A DNA stretch of 64,000 nt. Source: Alphaproteobacteria bacterium. Its GTDB lineage: Bacteria > Pseudomonadota > Alphaproteobacteria > MPNO01. The stretch's first letter is position 1, and every line of letters starts with the position of its first letter. The notes beneath the pieces are model-generated. The model worked only from the letters and a program-made list of their open reading frames with translations. It was not told the origin of the DNA and ran no database searches. Shown here piece after piece: positions 19,375 through 27,918 of the stretch. Where the stretch lies: NCBI GenBank assembly GCA_964291675.2, contig OZ219866.1:2016001-2080000 (forward strand). The letters run 5' to 3'. The position numbers and the translations under genes are program-made.

Positions 19375-20157
19375 TTGGGACGCCTGAAGCCGGATACCGC
19401 GCGCCGCGACATGCGGCGCGCGGCCCATCTGTTCACCCTCGGGTTCCTGGCCCTGTGGGCGATCTACGCGCAGATCGTCGAGCCCTTCATCATGCCGGGC
19501 CCGGTCTCGGTGGCGGTCCGGCTCTACGAGTTCTTCACCGACTACCACCTGGTGAAGCACATGTTCTGGTCCTTCGCCCATATCGGCGGCGCGATCCTGG
19601 CGTCCTTCCTGATCGGCAGCGCGTGCGCCTTCCTGGTGTTCTACCTGCCGTCCTTCCGGATCATGGTGCACGGGCGGCTGAGCCCGTTCCTCAACTCGTT
19701 TTCCGGCATCGGCTGGACCCTGCTGGCCATCATCTGGTTCGGGGTCAACGACTTCACCGTGATGTTCGCGATCAGCATGGTCCTGATCCCGTTCTCCATC
19801 ATCAACATGCGCGAGGGGCTGGAGGCCATCGACCGCGAGATGCTGGAGATGGGGGCGAGCTTCGGGCGCGGGCGCTGGCGGGCGTTCCGCCTCTTGATCC
19901 TGCCGGCGCTGTTCCCCTTCGTCTTCGCCACGCTCAGGATCAGCTTCGGCGTCGCCTGGAAGGTGGCGCTCACCGCCGAGCTGTTCGGCGGCGATACCGG
20001 TCTCGGCTACCTGCTCAACCTGGCGCGGCAGGATTTCGACATGCCCATGATCCTGGTGGTGATCATCGTCATCATCATGTTCGTCTACTCGACCGACCGG
20101 TGGGTGTTCGCGCCCGTGCAGGCGCGGCTTGCGAGGCATCATGCGGCGGACGGCTGA
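19375..20157 (+). CDS. ABC transporter permease (NitT/TauT)
   Basis: Hydrophobic helices, EMGASFG EAA loop, AELFGGDTGLG. Confidence 0.88.
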   Translation: MGRLKPDTARRDMRRAAHLFTLGFLALWAIYAQIVEPFIMPGPVSVAVRLYEFFTDYHLVKHMFWSFAHIGGAILASFLIGSACAFLVFYLPSFRIMVHGRLSPFLNSFSGIGWTLLAIIWFGVNDFTVMFAISMVLIPFSIINMREGLEAIDREMLEMGASFGRGRWRAFRLLILPALFPFVFATLRISFGVAWKVALTAELFGGDTGLGYLLNLARQDFDMPMILVVIIVIIMFVYSTDRWVFAPVQARLARHHAADG

Positions 20158-20914
20158 CCGCTCGGCGGGCAGGCGGCTGCGCGAGCGCCTGCTCGGCGAG
20201 GGGCTGGTGGTGCTCGCTTTGGCCGGGTGGTGGCTCGCCGCCCGCGGCATGCCGGATTTCATCCTGCCCGGGCCGTTGGCGGTGGCGGAGCGGGTGGTCG
20301 ACTTCTTCTTCCTGTCGGGCATCGTCGACGATTCGCTGGTCAGCACGCTGCGCGTCGCCTCGTCGGTCGTCATCGCGGTCGCGCTGGGCGGCGCCCTCGC
20401 CTTCGTGCCCAGGCTGTGGCCTGCCGGCGAGGCGATCGTTCACGAACGCATCAAGCCGTTCCTCAACTCCTTCCCGTCGGTCGGCTGGGCGATCCTCGCC
20501 TCGATCTGGTTCGGGCCGTCGAACCTGTCGGTGATCTTCGTCCAGGTGGCGATCCTGACGCCGTTCTGCCTGGTCAACATCTCCGAAGGCCTCAAGGAGC
20601 TCGACCGCGAATTGCTGGAGATGGCGCGCAGCTTCACCCGCAACCCGGTCAAGGTGTTCTGGCGCATCACGGTGCCGCTGCTGATGCCCTATGTCGTGGC
20701 GGCGCTGCGCATCGCCTACGGGGTGGGGTGGAAGATCGCGCTGGTCTCCGAGCTGTTCGGCGCCGAGAGCGGCATCGGCTTCCTGATGCTGCGCGCGCTC
20801 ACCGCGTCGGACGCCGTGACCCTGTTCGCCGCATGCTTCGCCATCGTGCTGATCTTCATCGCCGGCGAGAAGCTGGTCATCGACCCGCTGTCGCGCCGCT
20901 TCGCGGTAAAGTGA
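20141..20914 (+). CDS. ABC transporter permease (NitT/TauT)
   Basis: EMARSF EAA loop, SELFGAESGIG; ATG 20141 chosen (the ORF track starts at 20129). Confidence 0.87.
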   Translation: MRRTADRSAGRRLRERLLGEGLVVLALAGWWLAARGMPDFILPGPLAVAERVVDFFFLSGIVDDSLVSTLRVASSVVIAVALGGALAFVPRLWPAGEAIVHERIKPFLNSFPSVGWAILASIWFGPSNLSVIFVQVAILTPFCLVNISEGLKELDRELLEMARSFTRNPVKVFWRITVPLLMPYVVAALRIAYGVGWKIALVSELFGAESGIGFLMLRALTASDAVTLFAACFAIVLIFIAGEKLVIDPLSRRFAVK

Positions 20915-20936
20915 CCGGGCCGGGGAGCGCCACGGG

Positions 20937-21950
20937 ATGCGATACGGAATCTGGGCCCCGCTGCCGCACACGGTGCGCAGCGACGCCGCGATGGAGGATG
21001 CGGTCGCCGATCTGCGGACGCCCGGCGCCGGCGGCGATGTCGACAAGTCGTTCCAGATCGCGGTCGATGTCGTCAGGCGCGCCGAGGCGCTGGGCTTCGC
21101 GACCACGCTGATCGCCGAGCGCCATCTGGGCCCCGACCTCGAAGCCTGGATGGTGACCGCCGCGCTGATCGCCCACACGCGGCGGATCGAGCTCATGTGC
21201 GCGGTCCACCCCGGCATCGTCGCGCCCCAGCTCGCCGCCAAGATGGGGGCCTCGCTCGACCGCATCAGCGGTGGGCGGTTCGCGGTCAACGTCGTCAATG
21301 GCTGGTACGAGGAGGAGTTCGACGTCTTCGGCAATGGCGGCTGGCTCGACCAGTCGGATGCCCGCTATCGCCGGATGGGAGAGTTCGTCGACGTGATGAA
21401 GGGGCTCTGGACCGAGGAGGTTTTCACCCTGGAGGGCGAGTTCTACCGCTGCGAGCGCGGACGGCTGCCGATCAGGCCGGTGCAGCTTCCCAACCCGCCG
21501 ATCTATGCCGCCAGCCGCGCCGAGGCGGGCAAGGAGGTGGTGGCGCGCGCCTGCGACGCGTGGTTCGTCGCCTACGATCCGGGCTATGCCAGCGCAGACG
21601 CCAACCTCGCCGGCTTCGCCCGCGCCGTCGAGGATCTCGACCGGCGGAGCGCGCAATGCGGCCGGGCGCTGTCCTACGGCATCAGCGCGCATGTCATCTG
21701 CACCGAGAGCGCGAGCGAGGCCGAGGAGCGTGTCCAGGAGCTGGAGGAGTACGGCAGCCGCGACCCGGTCTCGGCGGTCGCCGCCAAGGGTCTCGGCGCC
21801 GGCCTGGTCGGCACGCCCCGCCAGATCGCCGATCGCCTGCGCTACCTGGAATCGCTCGGCATCGACTGCCCGCTGGTGCATTTCTACCCGATGATGGACG
21901 GGCTGGAGACCTTCGCCGCCAGGGTGATGCCGCTGGTGGAGGGAAGCTGA
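20937..21950 (+). CDS. Luciferase-like (LLM) flavin monooxygenase, SsuD/SfnG-like
   Basis: AEALGF...AERH, ASLDRISGGRFAVNVVNGW and LVGTPRQIADRL motifs. Confidence 0.88.
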   Translation: MRYGIWAPLPHTVRSDAAMEDAVADLRTPGAGGDVDKSFQIAVDVVRRAEALGFATTLIAERHLGPDLEAWMVTAALIAHTRRIELMCAVHPGIVAPQLAAKMGASLDRISGGRFAVNVVNGWYEEEFDVFGNGGWLDQSDARYRRMGEFVDVMKGLWTEEVFTLEGEFYRCERGRLPIRPVQLPNPPIYAASRAEAGKEVVARACDAWFVAYDPGYASADANLAGFARAVEDLDRRSAQCGRALSYGISAHVICTESASEAEERVQELEEYGSRDPVSAVAAKGLGAGLVGTPRQIADRLRYLESLGIDCPLVHFYPMMDGLETFAARVMPLVEGS

Positions 21951-21956
21951 CCCCTC

Positions 21957-23288
21957 TCACGGGAGGCGGACGCAGCCCGTCTCCTCGCGCGTCCGGGTGC
22001 AGGTATCGACGATCGAGTAGACCAGCTTGCGGCAGGTATGCGCGAGGTCGGGCGCCGAGGTGACCCCCATGCCGCCCAGCCCCTCGCGGAACTCGTCCGG
22101 CGTCGCGTCCGGCACGTTGACCCAGCCGGTGCGCGCGGTCGGGATGCCGAGATTGCGGATGGTCGAGATGTCGGTCTGGCCGCTGGTGCGGCGCGGCGGC
22201 TCGTGGGTCCGCCCCTCGACCGCCTCCCAGGCGGCGATCGCGGAGCGGACGATCCAGCTCTCCGGGTCGGTGCTCGCGCCGGGGATCGCGGCGGTCATCT
22301 CCCAGTCGAGGTCGAGATCCGGATGGTTCGCCCGGATGCCGGCGATCGCCGCGCCGAGCTGGGCGGCGACCTCGGCGGGCGGCGTGCGCGGATTGCAGCG
22401 GATGTCGAGATGGATCTCGGTGGTCGCCGAGGGGAAGGCCACCCGGTCGGGCCAGCCGCCGCGCACCGCCGCCACCCAGCCCTGGGGCATCACCTGGCCC
22501 GAGCTGTTGCGTTCCGCATAGCCCGGCAGCCACGCCTCCAGCTCGGCGATGACGCTCGCCGCCGGCACGATCGAGCTGCGGAAGCCCGGAACGCCCCGCG
22601 CGATCCCGGCATATCCCATCGTGCCCCTGACCGAGACCTTGAACCAGCAGAGCCCGGGCTCCTCGTGATAGACCGCGTTTCCCGGCTTCATCACCAGCGC
22701 GAAGTCGGCATAGACCCCGCGGGTCAGCAGATGGAAGACCCCGTCCGACAGCCCCCGGTTGCCGGCCGCTGCGAGGTCGACCGGCATGCCGCCGCCGGCG
22801 AACCCGACGAGCAGATCGCCGGCAAGCGGGATACCGGCCTCGGCGACGACCCGGGCGGCCTCCGCCTGGGCGACCACCATCGCCTTGGGGTTGGCGGCGC
22901 CGAGCCCGATGATCAGCCCGTCGCGCACCACCGGCTCGGGGATCATGTCCTGTCGGAGGCCCGGGCCGACCCACGGGATGTCGGTTTCCGGATCGGCCTC
23001 CAGATGGGTGTCTATCGGCGCGTAGAGCAGAAGGCTCGGCCCGCCGCCGCTTCCGCGCAGCCGCGCGGCCGCGTTGCCCGATGCCTCGCCCATCGGCTGG
23101 TACCAGGACTCGAGGCCTGCCTCGGCAAGCCGGGCCACCATGAATTCGCTCGCCGCGCGCTCGCGCCCGGTCGGGCTGTGGATGCCGGTGAGCTCGAACG
23201 CCAGGCGGTGGATGCGTTCCTCGTCGATCAGCGAGACCGCCCTGTCGAACCACGCCTGCCGTTCCGGCCCGAGCTCCGGGTGCGTCAT
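21957..23288 (-). CDS. M20/ArgE-like deacylase-fold protein with degenerate metal site (paralog of 8211-9542)
   Basis: IHSPTGRE, YAPIDT, GAANPKA, GGGMP, EEPGLCWF and TDPESWIV motifs; AGGAGA RBS before ATG 23288. Confidence 0.8.
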   Translation of the reverse strand: MTHPELGPERQAWFDRAVSLIDEERIHRLAFELTGIHSPTGRERAASEFMVARLAEAGLESWYQPMGEASGNAAARLRGSGGGPSLLLYAPIDTHLEADPETDIPWVGPGLRQDMIPEPVVRDGLIIGLGAANPKAMVVAQAEAARVVAEAGIPLAGDLLVGFAGGGMPVDLAAAGNRGLSDGVFHLLTRGVYADFALVMKPGNAVYHEEPGLCWFKVSVRGTMGYAGIARGVPGFRSSIVPAASVIAELEAWLPGYAERNSSGQVMPQGWVAAVRGGWPDRVAFPSATTEIHLDIRCNPRTPPAEVAAQLGAAIAGIRANHPDLDLDWEMTAAIPGASTDPESWIVRSAIAAWEAVEGRTHEPPRRTSGQTDISTIRNLGIPTARTGWVNVPDATPDEFREGLGGMGVTSAPDLAHTCRKLVYSIVDTCTRTREETGCVRLP

Positions 23289-23431
23289 TTCAGGTCTCCT
23301 CGCCGGATCGGGTCGATCGATCCGGGAGAAACCTACCCCGGCGCCCGGGCTTGTGCGAACCGCCACTGGCGGTCCGGGGCCGGCGGGTTCAAGATATTCG
23401 ACCAAGCAATCGACTCGCGAGGGATCGAGAG

Positions 23432-24754
23432 GTGGATGCGTCGGCGCCCGCGGACCGGGTCATCGAGATCGTCGACGGGCAGAGGCGGGAGCTGGTCGAG
23501 CTTTGCCTCCGCCTCGGCAATGCGCGCGACTACGCCGGGGACGAAATCGCGGTCGCCCGAGCGGTCGAGGCCTGGCTCGCCGAGGCGGGCATCGAGACCC
23601 GGCTGCAGCGCATCGGCGAGGCCAGCGCGAACGCCGTCGGCATCCTGCGCGGCGCGGGCGACCGGTCGAGCGGCGCACGGTCGCTGATCTTCAACGCCCA
23701 CATGGACACCCAGGGCGCGGCACCCGCCGCCGGGGCGGAGGAGGAGCGGCGGCTGCGCGGCGCGCACGAGCAGGACGGGCTGCTGTTCGGCAACGGGCTC
23801 GCCAACGACAAGGCCCAGCTCGCCGCCCAGATGATCGCCGCGCGCGCCATCGTCCGGGCCGGACTCCGGCTTGGCGAGACCCTCTACGTCACCGGCGTCG
23901 CCCAGGAGACCGGCGCTCCGCCGCAGCGCGGCGAGGAGATCGAGGGCTGGTCCGGGATCGGGCCGCGCATGAGCCAGGTGCGGGAGGGTCACGGCGCGCG
24001 CTGGCTGGTCGAGCACGGGATCGTCGCCGACTATGCGCTTGTCGGCGAGATCACCGACTTCAGGCTCGGCCTGGGCCAGGCCGGCTACCTCCGGCTCAGG
24101 ATCGCCGTGCCCGGCCATCTGCGCTACACGCCTCTGCTGATCCGCGGCGAGACGCCGAGCGACAACCCCAACCCGTTCGAGCGCGCGGCGCATGTCGTTT
24201 CGGCGCTGGAGTCCTGGGCGACGGACTACGAGAGGACCGACGCGCTCGACTTCGGAAGGGGAACCGTCGTGCCCCGAGCCCAGGTTTGCGAGGTGGCGGC
24301 GGGCGGCCTCCCCTTCACCGAGGTTTCCGACAGCTGCAACGTGTTCTTCGACGTGCGCCTCGTGCCCGGCGCCCGCCCGGCGGAGATCCTCGACCGGGTG
24401 CGGCAGGCGCTCGGCGCGACAGGGCTGGATTGCGAGATTTCGCCCTACGACTATCGGCGGGGCTATCTCGCCGAGGACGCCGACCCGCTGGGCGAAGCGC
24501 TCGGCCGCGCGCACCTTCGCGTCTTCGACGAGGAGATGGAATTCGCGGAATCCGGCCCGACCAGCACCTGGCGGGACACCAACGCGTTCAACGAGGCGGG
24601 GATCCCCGCCGTCTGCTACGGCGCGCGGGCGCGCTCGGCGTTTCTCGGCGGCGGGCTCGCGGGAGACCGGCGGCCGATGGCGGTCGACGACTTGCTGGCG
24701 CTCTCGAAGGTCTACGCGCTGACCGCGCTCGACCTGTGCGGCGTAGTATCATAG
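23432..24754 (+). CDS. M20/M25/M40 metallo-hydrolase (deacylase)
   Basis: FNAHMDT, GLANDKAQ, VAQET, VGEIT, FDVRL and RDTNAFNEAGIPAV motifs; GTG start approximate. Confidence 0.82.
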   Translation: MDASAPADRVIEIVDGQRRELVELCLRLGNARDYAGDEIAVARAVEAWLAEAGIETRLQRIGEASANAVGILRGAGDRSSGARSLIFNAHMDTQGAAPAAGAEEERRLRGAHEQDGLLFGNGLANDKAQLAAQMIAARAIVRAGLRLGETLYVTGVAQETGAPPQRGEEIEGWSGIGPRMSQVREGHGARWLVEHGIVADYALVGEITDFRLGLGQAGYLRLRIAVPGHLRYTPLLIRGETPSDNPNPFERAAHVVSALESWATDYERTDALDFGRGTVVPRAQVCEVAAGGLPFTEVSDSCNVFFDVRLVPGARPAEILDRVRQALGATGLDCEISPYDYRRGYLAEDADPLGEALGRAHLRVFDEEMEFAESGPTSTWRDTNAFNEAGIPAVCYGARARSAFLGGGLAGDRRPMAVDDLLALSKVYALTALDLCGVVS

Positions 24755-24779
24755 GCGGGGAGAGGAAGGAGAACGGCTC

Positions 24780-25616
24780 ATGGCACCACGCGGAGACCTG
24801 TCGGACAGCCAGTTCGTCACCGCAGCCGGTGTGCGGGTGCACTACAAGGAGGTGGGCGAGGGCTACCCGGTCATCTGCCTGCACGGCGCGGGACCCGGCG
24901 CGAACAGCGAGAGCAACTTCCGGCGCAATGTCGGCGCGCTGTCGGAACGCTTTCGCGCGGTGCTGGTCGACATGCCGCAATTCGGCAAGAGCGAGAAGGT
25001 GCCGATCGAGGAGGGACGGCTCGGCTTCAACGCCCGGGTGATGGACGCGTTCATGACCGAGACCGGAATCGAACGCGCGCATTACATCGGCAACTCGATG
25101 GGCGGGCAGGTGGCGCTGAAGCTCGCCGTCGACAAGCCGGAACGGGTGGACCGCCTGGTCGTGCTGGGTCCCGGGGCGATCAACAACCCGATCTTCGTGC
25201 CGAGCCCGCTCGAAGGCATCAAGCTGATCGCCGACTACTACAAGGGCGAGGGGCCGACCCGGGAGAAGCTGCGCAAGCTGCTCGACACGCTGGTCTACGA
25301 CTCCTCCTTCCTCACCGACGAGGTCGTCGAGGAACGGTTCCAGACGACGATCGAGCCCGACAACCTCGAACTCTTCGCCAAGCTTCAGGGCCGCTACAGG
25401 AAGGAAGACCTGTACGCCGACCTCGACAGGATCGAGTCCCCGACGCTGATCGTCTGGGGCATGGACGACCGGTTCGGCGCGCTCGATGTGGGGCTTCAGA
25501 TGACCCGGCTGATGAAGCGCGCGCAGATGCACATCTTCGCGCGATGCGGCCACTGGGCGCAGGTCGAGCACGCCGAAGCGTTCAATCGCCTGGTGGTCGG
25601 CTTCCTGTCGGATTGA
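24780..25616 (+). CDS. Meta-cleavage product hydrolase (CarC/BphD family)
   Basis: HGAGPG, GNSMGG, WGMDDRF and CGHWAQVE motifs. Confidence 0.92.
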   Translation: MAPRGDLSDSQFVTAAGVRVHYKEVGEGYPVICLHGAGPGANSESNFRRNVGALSERFRAVLVDMPQFGKSEKVPIEEGRLGFNARVMDAFMTETGIERAHYIGNSMGGQVALKLAVDKPERVDRLVVLGPGAINNPIFVPSPLEGIKLIADYYKGEGPTREKLRKLLDTLVYDSSFLTDEVVEERFQTTIEPDNLELFAKLQGRYRKEDLYADLDRIESPTLIVWGMDDRFGALDVGLQMTRLMKRAQMHIFARCGHWAQVEHAEAFNRLVVGFLSD

Positions 25617-25627
25617 AGGGGGTAGGC

Positions 25628-26812
25628 ATGGCGGACAGCGGAACGGACGCAGCGGCCGAGCCGGAAAAGGACTTCGTCAACAAGCCCTGGGCGCCCTATA
25701 TCGAGGCGGCGCTCGGCTTCCGCAATCACTGGTACCCGGCCTGCTTCTCGAAGGAGGTCGCCGACGGGCAGTGCCTTGGCATCGAGCTCCTCGGCGAGCG
25801 GGTGCTGTTCAAGCGCATCGACGGCCGCGTCTACGCGATGGAGGACCGTTGCGCCCATCGCGGGGTCGCGTTCTCCGCGCGCCCCGAGTGCTACTCGGCC
25901 AACACGGTCACCTGCTGGTATCACGGCTTCACCTACGACTTGAGGGACGGCAGGCTGGTGGCGATCGTCACCGACCCCGAGAGCCCGCTGATCGGCAAGG
26001 TCGCGCTCAAGACCTACCATGTCGAGGAACGGCAGAACGTCGTCTTCGTCTTCATCGGCGACGGCGAGCCGCCGCCGCTGGTCGAGGACGTGCAGCCGGG
26101 CTTTCTCGACGACGACCTATATATCGCGCCCGACGGCGACCGGGGCGCGGTCGGGAGCAACTGGCGCCTCGCGGCGGAGAACGGGGTCGACGCGTCGCAC
26201 ATATACATCCACCGCAATTCGCGGCTGCTGAGCGCGCTCGGCCGCGCGGTTCCGCTGGCGAGCTACTTCGTCACGCGCGAGGACATGGTGGTGGACGCGC
26301 CCGGCGGTCCCAAGGGCGTGGTCAAGGGGGCGGGCCGCAAGATCTCGGTCTGGGAGACCGAGATCGAAGGCGAGAGGGTCGCCGCCCGGACCATGCCCGA
26401 GGAAGATCGCGCGGGCTCCGGGGCCACCGACACGTCGCTCTGGATGCCCTGCGGGCTGAAGGTCGATCCGTTCCCGGCCCTCGGCATCACCCATTTCGAA
26501 TGGTACGTCCCGATCGACGAGCATTCGCACTACTACATGGTCACCTGGGGGAAGCGGGTATCGGACCCGGTCGAGCAGGAGCGCTTCGCCCACGAGGTCG
26601 ACACCTATTGGCGCGAGATGGTGGTCGACCGCTTCAACGACGAGGACGTGTTCGCCCGCGAGGCGATGGAGCGGTTCTACAGCGAGGAGGACGGCTGGAA
26701 CCGCGAGCGGCTCTACCGGCCCGACGTGGTGGTCACCGAATGGCGCAAGCTGGCCAGCAAGCACAATCGCGGCATCCAGAGCCGCGGGGCTGCCAGGGGG
26801 CGCGCTTCGTGA
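25628..26812 (+). CDS. carAa: Carbazole 1,9a-dioxygenase-like Rieske terminal oxygenase
   Basis: WAPYIEAALGFRNHWYP, CAHRG...TCWYHG, SNWRLAAENG.D.SHIYIH, LKVDPFP, FEWYVPIDE and WRKLASKHNRGIQ are collinear with CarAa as recalled. The substrate is not established. Confidence 0.85.
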   Translation: MADSGTDAAAEPEKDFVNKPWAPYIEAALGFRNHWYPACFSKEVADGQCLGIELLGERVLFKRIDGRVYAMEDRCAHRGVAFSARPECYSANTVTCWYHGFTYDLRDGRLVAIVTDPESPLIGKVALKTYHVEERQNVVFVFIGDGEPPPLVEDVQPGFLDDDLYIAPDGDRGAVGSNWRLAAENGVDASHIYIHRNSRLLSALGRAVPLASYFVTREDMVVDAPGGPKGVVKGAGRKISVWETEIEGERVAARTMPEEDRAGSGATDTSLWMPCGLKVDPFPALGITHFEWYVPIDEHSHYYMVTWGKRVSDPVEQERFAHEVDTYWREMVVDRFNDEDVFAREAMERFYSEEDGWNRERLYRPDVVVTEWRKLASKHNRGIQSRGAARGRAS

Positions 26813-27090
26813 CCGGGTCACCGCCCGGCTCGGCGCGCTACTGGCTCAACCGCGCCTTGTTCGACCTCGGCGACCCGGCCCGCCGGCGGGAGTTCGGCGC
26901 CGACCGGGCGGCCTGGCTCGACCGCTACCCGCTGGACGCGGACGCGCGCGCGGCCCTCGAGGCGCCGGGATGGCAGGCGCTGCTCGACCACGGGGCGCTG
27001 CCCAACCTGGTCTTCAAGTACTTCATGCTGCACGGCCACCCGCCCGGGAAGTTCGCCGCCATCGCCGGGGAGGCGGACCGGCATGGCTGA
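26809..27090 (+). CDS. Extradiol dioxygenase small subunit (CarBa/LigA-like)
   Basis: ARYWLNRAL...LDRYPLDADARAAL...GALPNLVFKY; paralog of 11543-11794; GTGA overlap with the upstream gene. Confidence 0.8.
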   Translation: MTGSPPGSARYWLNRALFDLGDPARRREFGADRAAWLDRYPLDADARAALEAPGWQALLDHGALPNLVFKYFMLHGHPPGKFAAIAGEADRHG

Positions 27091-27910
27091 GCTCTGCCTG
27101 GGGCTCGCGACCTCGCATCTCGCCCATATCGTGAATGCGCGCGATGCCGGCGACCCGGCCGAGGTCGCCGCGTTCGACGCCGGCTACGCCCGGCTCGCCG
27201 CGGCGCTCCGCGAGGCCGCTCCCGATGTCTGCCTCCTGGTCTCCGCCGAGCACGTCAACAAGTTCTTCATCGACAACATGCCGGCCTTCTGCATGGGGCT
27301 GTTCGACAGCTTCGCCGGCCCGGTCGAGAGCAAGGCGCGCGACGTCGGCTATCCCTGGCGCGAGGTGCCGAGCGACCCCGGGCTCGCCCGCTATCTCATC
27401 GAGCGCGGGCTCGACGAGGGCGTGGACTGGGCGGTGTCGGAGTTCTGGGAGGTCGATCACGGGATGATGGTTCCGCTGCACAAGCTGGACCCCGACGGCC
27501 GGGTGCCGATGATCCCGGTATTCGTCAACTGCGCCTCCGCGCCGATGCCCTCGGCCCGGCGGTGCTTCGCGGTCGGGCGCTGGCTCGCCGAAGCGATCGC
27601 GGACTGGCCGGCATCGAAGCGGGTGGGGATCCTCGCGACCGGCGGGCTGTCCCATTCCGTCGGCACGCTGGACCAGGGCCGCATCGACGCCGGCTTCGAC
27701 GAATGGTTCCTCGACAGGCTGTGCGCCGGCGACGGCGCGGCGCTGGCCGGGCTCGACGATGCCCGGATGACGGCGGCCGGCAGCTCGGCGGGCGAAGTCC
27801 GGTCCTGGATCGTGCTGGCGGGCGCCTTCGCCGGCCGCCGCGCCGAACGGGTGTTCTACGCGCCCATCGAGGGCTTCGATACCGGCTGCGCGCAGGCGGT
27901 CTATAGCTGA
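27083..27910 (+). CDS. Class III extradiol dioxygenase catalytic subunit (CarBb/LigB-like)
   Basis: ATSH, EHVNKFF, VDHG, GGLSH and GEVRSW motifs. Confidence 0.9.
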   Translation: MAELCLGLATSHLAHIVNARDAGDPAEVAAFDAGYARLAAALREAAPDVCLLVSAEHVNKFFIDNMPAFCMGLFDSFAGPVESKARDVGYPWREVPSDPGLARYLIERGLDEGVDWAVSEFWEVDHGMMVPLHKLDPDGRVPMIPVFVNCASAPMPSARRCFAVGRWLAEAIADWPASKRVGILATGGLSHSVGTLDQGRIDAGFDEWFLDRLCAGDGAALAGLDDARMTAAGSSAGEVRSWIVLAGAFAGRRAERVFYAPIEGFDTGCAQAVYS

Positions 27911-27918
27911 GACCTGCT

